Both the position numbers and the translations under genes were made by a program. Positions 1 to 9,863 of a stretch of DNA of 64,000 nucleotides are shown piece by piece. The stretch is from positions 1 through 64,000 of the IMG/VR virus record IMGVR_UViG_3300022602_004810; one strand, given 5' to 3'. Source of the stretch: a virus. Below the pieces are notes generated by a model that saw only the letters and a program-made list of their open reading frames with translations, ran no database searches and was not told where the DNA came from. Position 1 is the stretch's first letter, and every line of letters starts with the position of its first letter.

Positions 1-1122
1 TTAATTAAACAAATGGTTTATTGGATATAAACCAGAATATAATGGTGATCTAAGATTGTGCATTTTTAAAATTTGATGATGATCATATGTATATTGTACG
101 CCATCAAGCCCACTCATACGCTCAGTTAAATCATTCATATATGGTCTAACTGCTAATCCAGAATAAAAATGTCTGGCATTAGACAATCTACGAAGATACG
201 TGTCTTTATAAATTTGTTCCCAGCCTAACTCATGTAGTTCGTCTAATATAGTATGTATCATATCAATACGTTGTTTCCAGTCAGATATATAATCATATCT
301 ACTATGCTCAATAATATCATCGAATGTATCAAATCCCATATTGCGTAAAGTAGCCACTGAGCCGGTAGGTCCAGATATCATAAACAGTTGTCCAGATGCC
401 AACGGTTTATAAACTTTTTCTGTAAAGAATAATTCAAATGGTTGCACAAATGTTTCAGTTACTAAATTAATATAAGCATTATGATAAGAATCGTGTCCTA
501 CGTCTAGGTCATTGACACATTCAGTCGGCGCAAATGGTTTAAAATCTTGTTCCCATTCGTCTAGCATCCATTGTTCTAACCATTCATTTTGATATAAATC
601 ATTAATACAAGTATATACTGATTGGTCAGATAGATTATGTATACTTAATAACAGATCATTGACATAAGATTTTTTTGTTAATTTAAGATAATTATAAATT
701 CTCGGTATTCTAGGCTGACGATTAAGACAGCTTACAAAATAATCTCTTTTGAATTGGTCTACATTTTTTAAACCAACATTTTCATCCCAGGCAAATATAG
801 GATCAAAGTAGTTATGTGGGAAATAGATAATATTAGGAATACTATGATTTCTATAGTATTTTAAACTATGGGATAGAATTAAATGTTTTTCAAATTTATG
901 TCGCACACACAATTCATTTAAACGTTCAGCCATAGTTTCGCGCCAAGGCTCGTCACTTAGATCAAAAATAACTAAATCATCTCTGGTTCTATGGTATAGA
1001 AATTCAACATCAAAATCACTGTGATCAGGTAATATAAATTTAGTCGTATCTAGGTAATATTGATAATCACCCGGAATTAGAGTTTTAAATTTGTCTTGTA
1101 ATATTCTAACTGAAGTAAGCAT
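1..1122 (-). CDS. Putative glycosyltransferase-like protein
   Basis: Complete ORF (stop at 1-3). C-terminal YINLVTET...FFTEKVYKPL...LRNMGFDTF motif resembles the 'TEK' region of GT10-like transferases; AT-rich. Confidence 0.5.
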   Translation of the reverse strand: MLTSVRILQDKFKTLIPGDYQYYLDTTKFILPDHSDFDVEFLYHRTRDDLVIFDLSDEPWRETMAERLNELCVRHKFEKHLILSHSLKYYRNHSIPNIIYFPHNYFDPIFAWDENVGLKNVDQFKRDYFVSCLNRQPRIPRIYNYLKLTKKSYVNDLLLSIHNLSDQSVYTCINDLYQNEWLEQWMLDEWEQDFKPFAPTECVNDLDVGHDSYHNAYINLVTETFVQPFELFFTEKVYKPLASGQLFMISGPTGSVATLRNMGFDTFDDIIEHSRYDYISDWKQRIDMIHTILDELHELGWEQIYKDTYLRRLSNARHFYSGLAVRPYMNDLTERMSGLDGVQYTYDHHQILKMHNLRSPLYSGLYPINHLFN

Positions 1123-1126
1123 TATG

Positions 1127-1132
1127 TATTTA
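1127..1132 (-). promoter_or_regulatory. T4-like late promoter core (TAAATA)
   Basis: TAAATA overlaps the upstream TAA stop and lies 4 nt before the ATG at 1122; the motif recurs before many genes. Confidence 0.5.
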
Positions 1133-2611
1133 GTTGCCTTGACGTACTGTTACAGTGCCACAACCCGTGGCCTGTACACAGGTTTGGCTTATACTATAAC
1201 TTTGTCCACCAGTCTGTGTTAAATTAACTGACGCAGGACCGCCAGCATTGGTCAAGTATATCTGTGCTGAGTTAGGTGTATTACCTGATTGGTTTACTGT
1301 AGCACTGTTACCATTGCCTGTCAGGCTAACATCTAAGAAGTGTTGCCCTAGCCCTGTTTGACTAACTGTTTCAGTATTTAGGTTGCCATTAATCACACTA
1401 AATGCCTGTTTAGGACCTGGGCCTGTTTGTATTAGGCTTTCATTATTTTGATTGCCTGTGATGTTAATGCTGGCATAGTTACCAGTGTTGGCAATAGCTG
1501 ATCCCGTATTTTGTTGTTGTACGGATACCGTGTTGTTTACCCCATTGACACTAACGCCAGCATAATGATAGCCTGTATCGTAGCCGTTACCAAGTCCATT
1601 ACTATCTGTACCTTGATTAACTGTTATGCTGTTGCTTCCGCTGACTGCGTCAATATTAACAATGTTGTGTGTACTTTGATTATTAAGGGGATCACCTTGA
1701 TTGACTACAATAGTATTATTACTGCCGCGAACCAGCATAGCCTGTTGACTAACTCCACCTATTGATTCGTAGCGATTGTTTTGATTGATGGTTATGTGGT
1801 CATTACTGCCCACTTGATCAATGTAGATGTTGCTAGAGCTAGGCATGGTATTTTGTGTGGCGTAGGCATTGTTAGTAGCTGATTGTTGAACTGTGCTTGG
1901 TCCGCTACTGCCACCTGTGGTAGTTGTACTTAATAGTATGGCACTGCCATTGTTGACCACAGTCTGAGAACCATCGCTATAGTTTGTAGTAGTTATGGGT
2001 TGACTGTAGGTGTAGACAGTTGCTCCACTTGTAGCTGTTGTGGTAATTGTTGAGTTTACTCTGCTGGTTATAGTAACAGCGGGAGGTGCTGATTGTCCTG
2101 CCGCTAAGGGAGTAGTGTTAGGCGGAGTATAATTAGTCATGTAGGTATTACTAGGATAACTCTGTGTGATAGTCCAAGATCCACCTTGCCCATAACTATA
2201 TCCCTGTGCTGTGGTAAACAAGGTGCCCCAACTGCCATTGCCATTATAGAATATAGCACCATTGGCTAGAGCCACAAATGAACCTGTATTGTCTAAGGTG
2301 CGTACTAAATTGCCATTGGTATCGTATACCCCTAATCCATAAGTTCCCGGATTAGTTGAGCTATGGAAAAAGGCCAAGTAATCACCAGCTGAAGCATAGG
2401 CATTAGTCTGTGTAGATGTTAGACGTGCGGCACTTAATTGCCCTGAGGCATTTACACTGGCATACAAGTAATTAAATCCGCTGGCATTTAAGGTGCTACC
2501 ACTAATATACCACTGTACATCAAATACCTGTGCGAAACTAAAATGTTCCTGAGTTATATCAGCCCAGGCTGCATTACAGATTAATAATAAGAGTAATAAG
2601 AGTTTACGCAT
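1130..2611 (-). CDS. Secreted curlin-repeat protein with extra N-terminal domain (CsgB/CsgA-like)
   Basis: Signal peptide; C-terminal half of curlin-type repeats (NIYIDQVGSND, ITVNQG, VSQTGLG, ATVNQSGN); in an operon with csgF/csgG. Confidence 0.75.
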   Translation of the reverse strand: MRKLLLLLLLICNAAWADITQEHFSFAQVFDVQWYISGSTLNASGFNYLYASVNASGQLSAARLTSTQTNAYASAGDYLAFFHSSTNPGTYGLGVYDTNGNLVRTLDNTGSFVALANGAIFYNGNGSWGTLFTTAQGYSYGQGGSWTITQSYPSNTYMTNYTPPNTTPLAAGQSAPPAVTITSRVNSTITTTATSGATVYTYSQPITTTNYSDGSQTVVNNGSAILLSTTTTGGSSGPSTVQQSATNNAYATQNTMPSSSNIYIDQVGSNDHITINQNNRYESIGGVSQQAMLVRGSNNTIVVNQGDPLNNQSTHNIVNIDAVSGSNSITVNQGTDSNGLGNGYDTGYHYAGVSVNGVNNTVSVQQQNTGSAIANTGNYASINITGNQNNESLIQTGPGPKQAFSVINGNLNTETVSQTGLGQHFLDVSLTGNGNSATVNQSGNTPNSAQIYLTNAGGPASVNLTQTGGQSYSISQTCVQATGCGTVTVRQGN

Positions 2612-3741
2612 TAGTTCTGCTTCATGGTAATGACCGTACCATTGCCCTGATTAATACGATTCTTAATTGTAACCCCACCTTGCGTCATATACACAGTAGA
2701 GTTTTGATCGTGTGGTGTCTTAACACATTCTACGTTACTACTACCATCCGGACGACATAGCTCAACCATAGTAGGATCTTGTTGAACTGTTACACCTGTG
2801 GATTTTTTATAGTCAGGTAACAATTGATTCTGTGGTGCTAGAACATTCTGTAATAGTGCCGCTGTTTCTTGTTGTAGCTGATCCGCTAGAATATTAAAAA
2901 TATTCTCAAGGAAATATTGTTGTAGTAGTGGTTGTGCCAATGGGTTATCCCACACTGGTCCTTCTTTTTCAAATTCATTTTCTAAGAAGTTTTGTTTTAA
3001 GAAGTTTTGATCTAGCATATTGCCTGCTTCTTTGGCCTGTGCTTGTTGTTGTTCTATTTTACTTCGGTCAATCTGCTTAGGTACGTCAACAATCAATAGA
3101 TTATTAATAGTGTCCAGACTTAGATTTAATATAGCAGGCCTCATTGGAGGCATATTACGCGATTCTACTTTAGTGCCTTGGAATGGCTTGTTAAGTAGGA
3201 CACTGCCTGCTTCATTCATGACTTCAATTGCGCCTGTTTTACAGTCGCGATCTATATCTACCCAATTCTTAGGGCAACTTGGCAGTAGGATAATGGTACT
3301 TGCGCCAGCTTCGTCGACTGTAGCACTAAAGTCAGTGCCGCGCACTGCTATGGTCGCGCTAGGGGTGTTTAAAGCCACGGCATTAGGGTTACTGTGTGCT
3401 ATAGCACCCGATGCGTAACGAACTGTGCCTGAAGCAAACTTCATTGCTAATTTGCCTGTGCCTTTCTTAGGGTCGTAGACAAAGTCATCAATAACTAATT
3501 TGCTATTTTCGTTTACTTCAACTTTAGTGTCATCTTGGAATGTAATACCTACTCGACCTTTAGTGGTATTAACTGCGTCGTTCATTTCAACACCCGTGCC
3601 TTTGGCCGCAGGTACTGTTTTACCAGTTCGTACGATACTACCAGGGGCTGCTGTCTGCTCTGTAACTGTGCCCACTGAGGCCATACTGTTCAAGGATATA
3701 ATCCCTAACAGTATGGTTAGTATTAATTGACATATCTTCAC
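2611..3741 (-). CDS. FecR-domain secreted protein
   Basis: Signal peptide; FecR-type motifs ITFQDDTKVEVNENSKLVID and TPSATIAVRGTDF. Confidence 0.8.
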   Translation of the reverse strand: MKICQLILTILLGIISLNSMASVGTVTEQTAAPGSIVRTGKTVPAAKGTGVEMNDAVNTTKGRVGITFQDDTKVEVNENSKLVIDDFVYDPKKGTGKLAMKFASGTVRYASGAIAHSNPNAVALNTPSATIAVRGTDFSATVDEAGASTIILLPSCPKNWVDIDRDCKTGAIEVMNEAGSVLLNKPFQGTKVESRNMPPMRPAILNLSLDTINNLLIVDVPKQIDRSKIEQQQAQAKEAGNMLDQNFLKQNFLENEFEKEGPVWDNPLAQPLLQQYFLENIFNILADQLQQETAALLQNVLAPQNQLLPDYKKSTGVTVQQDPTMVELCRPDGSSNVECVKTPHDQNSTVYMTQGGVTIKNRINQGNGTVITMKQN

Positions 3742-3749
3742 TTTCTCTC

Positions 3750-4577
3750 TTAGTGAGCGTTAGAGTTAATTGTAAAATGGTTACTTGAGCCTACACTGGT
3801 TAAGTTTACAGTTGTGTTAGCTGTGGCAGCATTTTGTGTAATGCTGGCAGTGTTGCTGCTACCAGTTAAACTAACCACAGTAGTATCTGCGAAACCAGCA
3901 CTGGTCTGTGTAATACCAACTGTGTTGCTTGCGCCTGCTACTGATAATGTAACTACACCGTTACTGTTAGTTGTTGCTGTTGCTCCACCTGATAAGGCAC
4001 TACCACCTACGCCTTGGTTAACTGTAATACTATTGCTACCGCCAGCAGTCACAGTGATATTTTGTGTGTTGCTGTTACCGTTAACTGTAGATACTACACT
4101 ATTACTATCACCACCTGAAGTAGTTGCTGTAATATTGTTACGGTTACCTAAAATATTAAAGTTAGCATTGGCAGTGTTACCAGTTTGTGTAATAGTAAGG
4201 TTATTACTACCACTTACACCATTACCATCATTATTGCTATCAATAACCGCTGTAGCATTATCACCATTAACTGTATAGCTGTAGTTGTTACCAGTTACAC
4301 CATTAACCACGCTAGATCTTACACCGAAGTTTAATGTATCACCAGTACCAATTTGTTGAATAGTAACGGTATTGCTGTTACCATAAATTGTTGCTGGTGT
4401 AGTATTATCACTACCGGCGCCTTGAATGCCACGTACTACGTTACCTGCTCCATCTTGTGTTACAGATATAGTAGATGTACTACCACTTTGGTCAATATAG
4501 ATACTATTGTCCGCCGCGATAGCTACGTTAGCCACCATCATTAACGCTAAACTCCAAAGTCCTAATAACTTTTTCAT
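3750..4577 (-). CDS. Curlin-like repeat protein (major subunit candidate)
   Basis: Signal peptide; N/Q/G/T/S-rich repeats (NSIYIDQSG, ISVTQDGAGN, LTITQTGN, ASITQN); immediately downstream of csgG. Confidence 0.75.
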   Translation of the reverse strand: MKKLLGLWSLALMMVANVAIAADNSIYIDQSGSTSTISVTQDGAGNVVRGIQGAGSDNTTPATIYGNSNTVTIQQIGTGDTLNFGVRSSVVNGVTGNNYSYTVNGDNATAVIDSNNDGNGVSGSNNLTITQTGNTANANFNILGNRNNITATTSGGDSNSVVSTVNGNSNTQNITVTAGGSNSITVNQGVGGSALSGGATATTNSNGVVTLSVAGASNTVGITQTSAGFADTTVVSLTGSSNTASITQNAATANTTVNLTSVGSSNHFTINSNAH

Positions 4578-4604
4578 TTGTCTTACTCCTTGACCTTTAC
4601 GGTC

Positions 4605-5420
4605 TTAATGGTCCGTTTGTTCCGGACTCTTATTATCTGGGATTTTGTAGTCCCAAATTCCTTTTTGTTGACCTTGTTTGATCAACTCTACTACTGCCGC
4701 TTCAACAGTGGCTTTCACTGCTAAAGTGCCAGGTTCATTAATAGTCAAACCAGTTTCAAATTCAAACGCTGAAGTTCCTTGTTTGAAGAACTTAAGCACT
4801 GCGATACTGTCTGCTGTACTATAAACTGTTTTAGTAACGGTTACTGTGGTCAACACTTTGCCTGTACTAACACTTACTGCTCGTAGGCTAACTGTTACAA
4901 TGTCTTTTGAGTACTGTGTTTGTGGTCCAATACCTAACCATTTATATGCCGCACCACCACTTTCAGTCGAACTATCGTAGCCAACAATACCACCTTCCAT
5001 GATAATACCAGCAAACTGTAGTGGTATTAAGGGTTTAGCCGCAGTGCCTTCGTAGGCATCACGCATCTGTTTAATAATAGTACGTTCTTTGATCAAGTTG
5101 TCTACATTTACACGTTCCACAACATCAAACCACTGTCCATGACCTACTTCTTGTAGGGCATTGATTAAGAACGGTTCAGCACCTTGTGTCACCGCAGTGC
5201 TAAAGCTGGCTATGTTTGGTGTATTCTTACGTTGTCCTGTTTTGTCTTGGAAACTGTAGACTGCTACTGTGATCTTTGGACCTGCTGGTGCTGGAATAGC
5301 ATCAAACTCTTTTACCATCTTGTTTTTTGCCAATTCGGGTTCGTGCTCATACCCAGCTTTCTGAACAGTGGCACAGCCAGTTAATGCCAATAATGATAAT
5401 AATACTAATAGTCGTTTCAT
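4605..5420 (-). CDS. csgG: Curli secretion channel lipoprotein CsgG
   Basis: Lipobox LTGC; VAVYSFQDKTGQRK, FSTAVTQGA, WFDVVER, EGGIVGYD, VSLRAVSVSTG are CsgG motifs. Confidence 0.92.
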   Translation of the reverse strand: MKRLLVLLSLLALTGCATVQKAGYEHEPELAKNKMVKEFDAIPAPAGPKITVAVYSFQDKTGQRKNTPNIASFSTAVTQGAEPFLINALQEVGHGQWFDVVERVNVDNLIKERTIIKQMRDAYEGTAAKPLIPLQFAGIIMEGGIVGYDSSTESGGAAYKWLGIGPQTQYSKDIVTVSLRAVSVSTGKVLTTVTVTKTVYSTADSIAVLKFFKQGTSAFEFETGLTINEPGTLAVKATVEAAVVELIKQGQQKGIWDYKIPDNKSPEQTDH

Positions 5421-5878
5421 TATGGTGTTGATCCTGTAAGATTAAACTGTCCTAAAGGAACATTAATAGTAGTTACATTACCTAGAGTATCTGTTACGTT
5501 TAGAGTAATAGCACCACCTGTGTTTTGCCAGTATATAGTATTACCTTGGAAGTTAAAGGTGCCGCTAGTACTAGAACCGCCAGCAAACATAGCTGTGGCT
5601 AGGTTTTGACTTACCTGTGCTAATACACGACTTTCTAAGTTAGTTAAGAATTGATTCAATGGAGTATTCTGTGCCGCAGTAGCCGCTTGTTGTTGTGCGG
5701 TCTGTAGAGCCTGTTGTATAGCCTGCGCACGTGTGTATTCTTCGTTCTGTATAGTCAACACGTATGTACCGTAACCATTACCATTAAAGCTAGGGCTTTT
5801 GAATGTATAGTCGGGCAGAGGTGCGGCTATCGCTGTCGATGCCGCAAAGAAAGTGATTGTTATTATTAGTTTTTTCAC
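5420..5878 (-). CDS. csgF: Curli assembly protein CsgF-like
   Basis: GTG start with AGGAG SD; signal peptide followed by YTFKSPSFNGNG; FLTNLESR; C-terminal TTINVP; directly upstream of csgG. Confidence 0.8.
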   Translation of the reverse strand: MKKLIITITFFAASTAIAAPLPDYTFKSPSFNGNGYGTYVLTIQNEEYTRAQAIQQALQTAQQQAATAAQNTPLNQFLTNLESRVLAQVSQNLATAMFAGGSSTSGTFNFQGNTIYWQNTGGAITLNVTDTLGNVTTINVPLGQFNLTGSTP

Positions 5879-5899
5879 TGTCTAGGCTCCTAGTATTAA

Positions 5900-5905
5900 T
5901 ATTTA
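5900..5905 (-). promoter_or_regulatory. T4-like late promoter core upstream of the curli operon
   Basis: TAAATA followed by AGGAG SD and the csgF GTG. Confidence 0.5.
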
Positions 5906-5952
5906 CTAGAACCTAGTGGTGAAGTTTTATGGTACTTTAATCTTAATCTAGA

Positions 5953-6276
5953 TTAAACTTCTTGCGGATTTATTTGATCAACCCGGCGTAGAATTTCTTC
6001 ATAAAATGAGTCAACTTCACCGCTGAATTTGCCCATTAAATGACCAATACATTGACGACAAAATTCCCACTGTTGATTATGATATCCTTCAAGAAAATCT
6101 TCGTGTAATTTAACCCATTGTTCTAAATGCGGTAAATCACCTATTGAAATTTTATCTGCTGGAATTAAACAAAACACTTCGATACTATGTCCATCTTTTT
6201 CAATAGTTTCTAAGTCCAGCACTGTGTACTTTTCTCGCAATCTTGTTGCGTTTTCACGACCAAATATAATGTCCAT
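5953..6276 (-). CDS. Small protein resembling the C-terminal part of class III adenylate cyclases
   Basis: IIFGRE...VLDLETI...IEVF...HEDFLEGYHNQQW...FSGEVDSFY pattern recalls the tail of CHASE2-type cyclases; no catalytic core. Confidence 0.4.
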   Translation of the reverse strand: MDIIFGRENATRLREKYTVLDLETIEKDGHSIEVFCLIPADKISIGDLPHLEQWVKLHEDFLEGYHNQQWEFCRQCIGHLMGKFSGEVDSFYEEILRRVDQINPQEV

Positions 6277-6281
6277 ATTAA

Positions 6282-6983
6282 TTAATCAATCCTATCTAAA
6301 ATTTTTGTATTATTAAGACTAGCGGCTATTTTGCCATCGGGAATATTTTTCATAATTGTACTACCAGCCATTATCTTCACATCATTGCCAATTTTAAGAT
6401 TGCGGTTATGATATTTGTTTACAATTGTAGAACCTGCGCCAATCATTACATTATTGCCAAAATCAATATGTCCACCTACAAAACTGTACGGTGGCATAAC
6501 TAGATTTTCCCCAACGGTTACATCATGCCCTATACTTGACAAATTATCAATATAACTAAAATCACCAATTTTTGTCCTAGCACGTATTTGACAATGGCGT
6601 CCGATAACAATACCATTACCCATAATATCTAAGCTAGATTTATGAACATAAGCCAACGGATTGATTAGATTTCTAGTACTAAGACCTCGCTCACGAAAGA
6701 TGTTAATACGTTGGCGTCTCAGATTGTCACCGTGATGATCTGGGTTTGTTTTATTAATATGTCCTGCCCATCCACTACTTAGAAAGAAATCTAAATTCTT
6801 TATGTCGGCATCTGAAATTTCGTCTTCAGATCCAATAAATGGAATACCGTGGGTATGTTCAGTATTACCGTAAAAATATTTGTCATAGATACCAACTAAC
6901 TCAATATCCAATGCTTCAATAATTTCAAGGATAGTATCTAATCCGGATCTATATCCAATAAGTGCTAAAGGTTTTTTATTCAT
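6282..6983 (-). CDS. Sugar O/N-acyltransferase, NeuD/PglD-like (hexapeptide repeat)
   Basis: N-terminal Rossmann-like part, NLINPLAYV, hexapeptide repeats, IGHD motif. Confidence 0.8.
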   Translation of the reverse strand: MNKKPLALIGYRSGLDTILEIIEALDIELVGIYDKYFYGNTEHTHGIPFIGSEDEISDADIKNLDFFLSSGWAGHINKTNPDHHGDNLRRQRINIFRERGLSTRNLINPLAYVHKSSLDIMGNGIVIGRHCQIRARTKIGDFSYIDNLSSIGHDVTVGENLVMPPYSFVGGHIDFGNNVMIGAGSTIVNKYHNRNLKIGNDVKIMAGSTIMKNIPDGKIAASLNNTKILDRID

Positions 6984-7815
6984 CGATTCTCATTTTGCCA
7001 TTAGTAGTTTGCGGTCCTGGTACTGCTAAAAATTTTTCAATGAACCAAGCACTAATATCACTTTCTCCTTTTTTAACAGCAAAGTCATATAATTGCGCAT
7101 TGGCATGATGATTGTTATGCAGACCTTCACCTAAACTGAATGTCTGTACCCATTGATTATTCCGACTAGTATCATCTGTGTTAAAATTACGATATCCCCA
7201 ACTATGCCCTACACAGTTTACCCATACATTTAATTCAATATGAAAGATTAAACTAGGAACTGCTAACAAATATAAAGTAATATGCCAGTTAATCATTAAG
7301 GTTATTAATGTTAAAGCAGCCCACATTTTATAATAGTGATCATGTATAAAACGATATGTAGGATGTGCAATTAAATCCCTAGGCGTCATTCCTCCACGAG
7401 CCATAAACCAACTTAGACTTTGAAATTCCCAGATACCTAGTGCTGTATATAATTTACCATCGTTTTTAGGACTGTGCCAGTCTGTAGGTTTATCGGTGAC
7501 TTTATGATGTTGTCTATGATTGCGTGCGTATTGAATTGGGCTGCCAACGCCTAACAAAAAGCTAGCCCAAGCCATTAAGTTTTCTCCCGCAAGTGTAGTG
7601 TTAAAACTCTTATGGCTAAAATAACGATGCATACCTATGCTATGGCCAATTAATTGAATTAATTTACTCCATATTAATGCAGCTAGTAACCACCAACCAC
7701 TAACATTGCCAAAAATTACTAGCCCTATGGCATAAAAACTAACAAGATAGACCGCACCTAAAAATAATCTAAACTTATTTGTATTAATAAACTTTCTAAT
7801 TGCGGCTAACATCAT
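6976..7815 (-). CDS. Membrane fatty-acid (delta-9 type) desaturase
   Basis: Three His boxes HRYFSH, HRQHH and HNNHH, plus GEG motif and TM segments. Confidence 0.9.
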   Translation of the reverse strand: MMLAAIRKFINTNKFRLFLGAVYLVSFYAIGLVIFGNVSGWWLLAALIWSKLIQLIGHSIGMHRYFSHKSFNTTLAGENLMAWASFLLGVGSPIQYARNHRQHHKVTDKPTDWHSPKNDGKLYTALGIWEFQSLSWFMARGGMTPRDLIAHPTYRFIHDHYYKMWAALTLITLMINWHITLYLLAVPSLIFHIELNVWVNCVGHSWGYRNFNTDDTSRNNQWVQTFSLGEGLHNNHHANAQLYDFAVKKGESDISAWFIEKFLAVPGPQTTNGKMRIDE

Positions 7816-7820
7816 ATCAC

Positions 7821-8354
7821 CTATCGTTTTTCTGTAATTCCTGCTTTATTAAACACAAACTGTACAGCCTGTGCTTGACTTACTGCATCTTCTAATGCGT
7901 TGTGTAACCCTGCTTTGTTCTTTTCGCGTGGATCACCTAGACTGCTTAATAATGTACGACTATCACGTATTTGCCAGAACTGCCAAGGACACGGTAATCC
8001 TAGTTGCCTGTATAAGTTTTCTAGGATAACAATATCAAATACCGGGCCTTGTGCCCAAATATTATCTACTCCCACTATAAATCTATTTAACTCTTTAGTA
8101 AATTCATCCAGGCCAATACGGTTTCCTTCACCAAGTGCTTCTTCACGTACATCTTCTGCTTGGTTCCCCCACCATGCAATAGTATTATCATCTACGTGAC
8201 GTCCTAGAGCAATTTGACTATCAATGTCTATGCGAAAGTAGATACCGTCTACAATATCTTCTTGTTTATAAGGATTAAACTTACAAGCACCAAATGTACA
8301 AATTGTAGCATCTGGGCGCACACTTAGCGTTTCTAAATCGAGCATTATATCCAT
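7821..8354 (-). CDS. DEDDh 3'-5' exonuclease (RNase AS/Rv2179c-like)
   Basis: IMLDLETL, WAQGPVFD, RDSRT, HNALEDA. Confidence 0.85.
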   Translation of the reverse strand: MDIMLDLETLSVRPDATICTFGACKFNPYKQEDIVDGIYFRIDIDSQIALGRHVDDNTIAWWGNQAEDVREEALGEGNRIGLDEFTKELNRFIVGVDNIWAQGPVFDIVILENLYRQLGLPCPWQFWQIRDSRTLLSSLGDPREKNKAGLHNALEDAVSQAQAVQFVFNKAGITEKR

Positions 8355-8356
8355 AT

Positions 8357-8626
8357 TTAATTACCTTTAGGTCTGAGACATGCTGGGAGAGAGTGTTTTT
8401 CCATTTTCTTGCGGCATTCTTGTTTAACTTTAGGTGGCACATCTGGACTAATCTCAGCTATGCGGCAGTCATAGAACACTGCTACTTCTGGCTTAGGTGG
8501 AAAAAATGCCATGACCATCGATATGATAACAACAAATAGTAGGATAAAAAATTTTGTATCTTCACTTAGTTTCACAGTCGCAGTCCTTTCTACCTTGGTT
8601 ACACGTACCTGTGCAACCTCTGCCAC
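8357..8626 (-). CDS. Hypothetical membrane protein
   Basis: One TM segment followed by a Cys-containing DCRIAEISPD motif. Confidence 0.55.
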   Translation of the reverse strand: MAEVAQVRVTKVERTATVKLSEDTKFFILLFVVIISMVMAFFPPKPEVAVFYDCRIAEISPDVPPKVKQECRKKMEKHSLPACLRPKGN

Positions 8627-8646
8627 AGGTAAAAAATTTAGCTAGA

Positions 8647-9147
8647 CTACTTAGTAATTTTTGTAACATTATTATCTGCCTTTAATAATTTTAATGTTTC
8701 AGCATGTGCTACACGTTTGCGTAGACTACTCGAACTAAACGAGTGGTCACGTTTATTATAAATTAATTCGATGCCGCGATATAGGCATTCTTCCTTGCCA
8801 GTAAAATCAGTATGTTGATATTCTTCACCTAATACACGCACATCAAGTGGTAAAATTAATAATAAGTCAATTAGATCTTGTTCTGTTTGGTAGATAACAA
8901 CCTCATCTACATAGCGACAAGCGGCCAATTGGATCTGACGTTCTACAATACTTTGAACAGGCTTGTTCTTAGTATCTGGACGATCAATAGTTGGATCTGT
9001 TTGTAGGCCACAAATTAAATAATCACAATGGTTTTTAGCTTCACTTAACATAGCTATATGGCCAGCATGTAACATGTCAAATGTACTAAAGGTAATGCCG
9101 ATCTTTTTACCTTCTACTTTAAGCTCTTTAATTTTATTGAATATCAT
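8647..9147 (-). CDS. Cytidylyltransferase, TagD-like
   Basis: HIGH-type motif FDMLHAGH; KPVQSIVER; RDHSFSSS. Confidence 0.88.
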   Translation of the reverse strand: MIFNKIKELKVEGKKIGITFSTFDMLHAGHIAMLSEAKNHCDYLICGLQTDPTIDRPDTKNKPVQSIVERQIQLAACRYVDEVVIYQTEQDLIDLLLILPLDVRVLGEEYQHTDFTGKEECLYRGIELIYNKRDHSFSSSSLRKRVAHAETLKLLKADNNVTKITK

Positions 9148-9863
9148 AATTTCAACTTACCTATAATATAATTAAATAATATTTCGTGCCCCTGTTTATT
9201 TGGGTGAAATCCATCTGGCCAAAATATTGATTCTCTATACATTTTCCAACATTTTTCACTATGGTACATTTCATCAACAACTTTATGACGAAGCTCATAT
9301 AACCATGTATCATCGAATAGATCTGCTACATCAGACAGTCTGTAATCACTACTTGTCCATTGCGGGAATAAATTTTTATATTCTTCAAAATGTCCTACTA
9401 GTAAATATACCCAACTTGGAACAAGAGGAATAATATTTTCGAAATTATTAAATGCTTCTAAATATAGGTCTTCTTTACCGCCAATAACATAAATTTTCGT
9501 ATTAAACTCAATTCCTAATTCATTTAATTTTTTGTAAGTATTTTGTAGTAGATTATGTTTTAACGGAACTATTCCGTTAAATTTTTGAATTTCTTTAGAT
9601 AAATTCAGATCGTATGGTCGCAGATCACGTATGGAATCAGTCTGAATGAATAATATAATATCACCATGTTTATAATGTTCAGTTAAACTATTTTTTAATC
9701 GATCGATGCTGAAAAGATTAGAAGAGTTGCCTTCTGAAGAATTTACTACAGTATATCCAGAATCAATGAAATGTTGTTGTAATCCCGGATGACTTATACT
9801 ATATACATCATCAACACAAGTCCATTCACCACACCCCCAACTATCACCACCGATGAATATCAT
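9144..9863 (-). CDS. SGNH/GDSL hydrolase-like protein
   Basis: GGDSW block I, GNSSN, DGFHPN block V; AT-rich. Confidence 0.65.
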   Translation of the reverse strand: MIFIGGDSWGCGEWTCVDDVYSISHPGLQQHFIDSGYTVVNSSEGNSSNLFSIDRLKNSLTEHYKHGDIILFIQTDSIRDLRPYDLNLSKEIQKFNGIVPLKHNLLQNTYKKLNELGIEFNTKIYVIGGKEDLYLEAFNNFENIIPLVPSWVYLLVGHFEEYKNLFPQWTSSDYRLSDVADLFDDTWLYELRHKVVDEMYHSEKCWKMYRESIFWPDGFHPNKQGHEILFNYIIGKLKL

